Below, piece by piece: positions 63,840-64,000 of a stretch of DNA of 64,000 nt (positions within the stretch are counted from its first letter, which is position 1; each line of letters begins with the position of its first letter). A program made the translations under genes and the position numbers. Source of the stretch: Nemertoderma westbladi (lineage: Eukaryota > Animalia > Xenacoelomorpha). Location: the NCBI GenBank assembly GCA_032718475.1, contig JAUCBJ010004176.1:1-64000 (forward strand), in the 5' to 3' direction. The notes below the pieces were generated by a model. The model saw only the letters and a program-made list of their open reading frames with translations. It was not told where the DNA came from and ran no database searches.

Positions 63840-64000
63840 CTGTTTAGAGTATTTTCGTATTTGAGAAACTGTGATTTTGTATATTTTATAGACTTAAATC
63901 CCATTTTCTGGGAGCGGTGTAAAAGCTTTTGTGGGATAACTGATACGTTTGCCTTTGCTGGCCAGTTCCCCCCAGTCGCTAGAATACTCTCAAAGGGATT

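Larger units (their letters stand above)
53871..64000 (+). mobile_element. Non-autonomous BEL/Pao LTR retrotransposon (5' LTR 53871-55054; 3' LTR from 63918, truncated by the window)
   Basis: The 83 visible bp of the two LTRs are identical. Termini TGTAAAAGCTTTTG...CAAAAGCGCGAACA. Purine tract GGGAGCGG precedes the 3' LTR. Confidence 0.93.

Overview
AT-rich animal (probably invertebrate) genomic DNA with spliceosomal GT-AG introns; the species cannot be determined from the window. Four genes lie on the minus strand: an RPGR orthologue (at least 14 coding exons from 35936 to beyond the left edge), NOP58 and CHMP2A (both with single-exon CDS) and a two-exon LSM7. RPGR introns hold a tRNA-Pro(TGG), an intronless short L1CAM/neuroglian-family gene on the opposite strand, satellites, MITEs and LINE fragments. 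The right end holds a recent BEL/Pao LTR element (gag-protease only, plus a second zinc-knuckle ORF) next to a LINE fragment and an older inverted LTR piece. Three observations stand out. (1) A small mobile element has a minimal type I hammerhead ribozyme between tRNA-like Pol III A and B boxes, in three copies, two of them in tandem 351 nt apart. (2) Three tandem arrays in RPGR, and possibly a fourth nearby, have a unit made of an exon end plus its 5' splice site. (3) The LTR element has no tRNA primer-binding site but has a 12-nt complement inside its own LTR.
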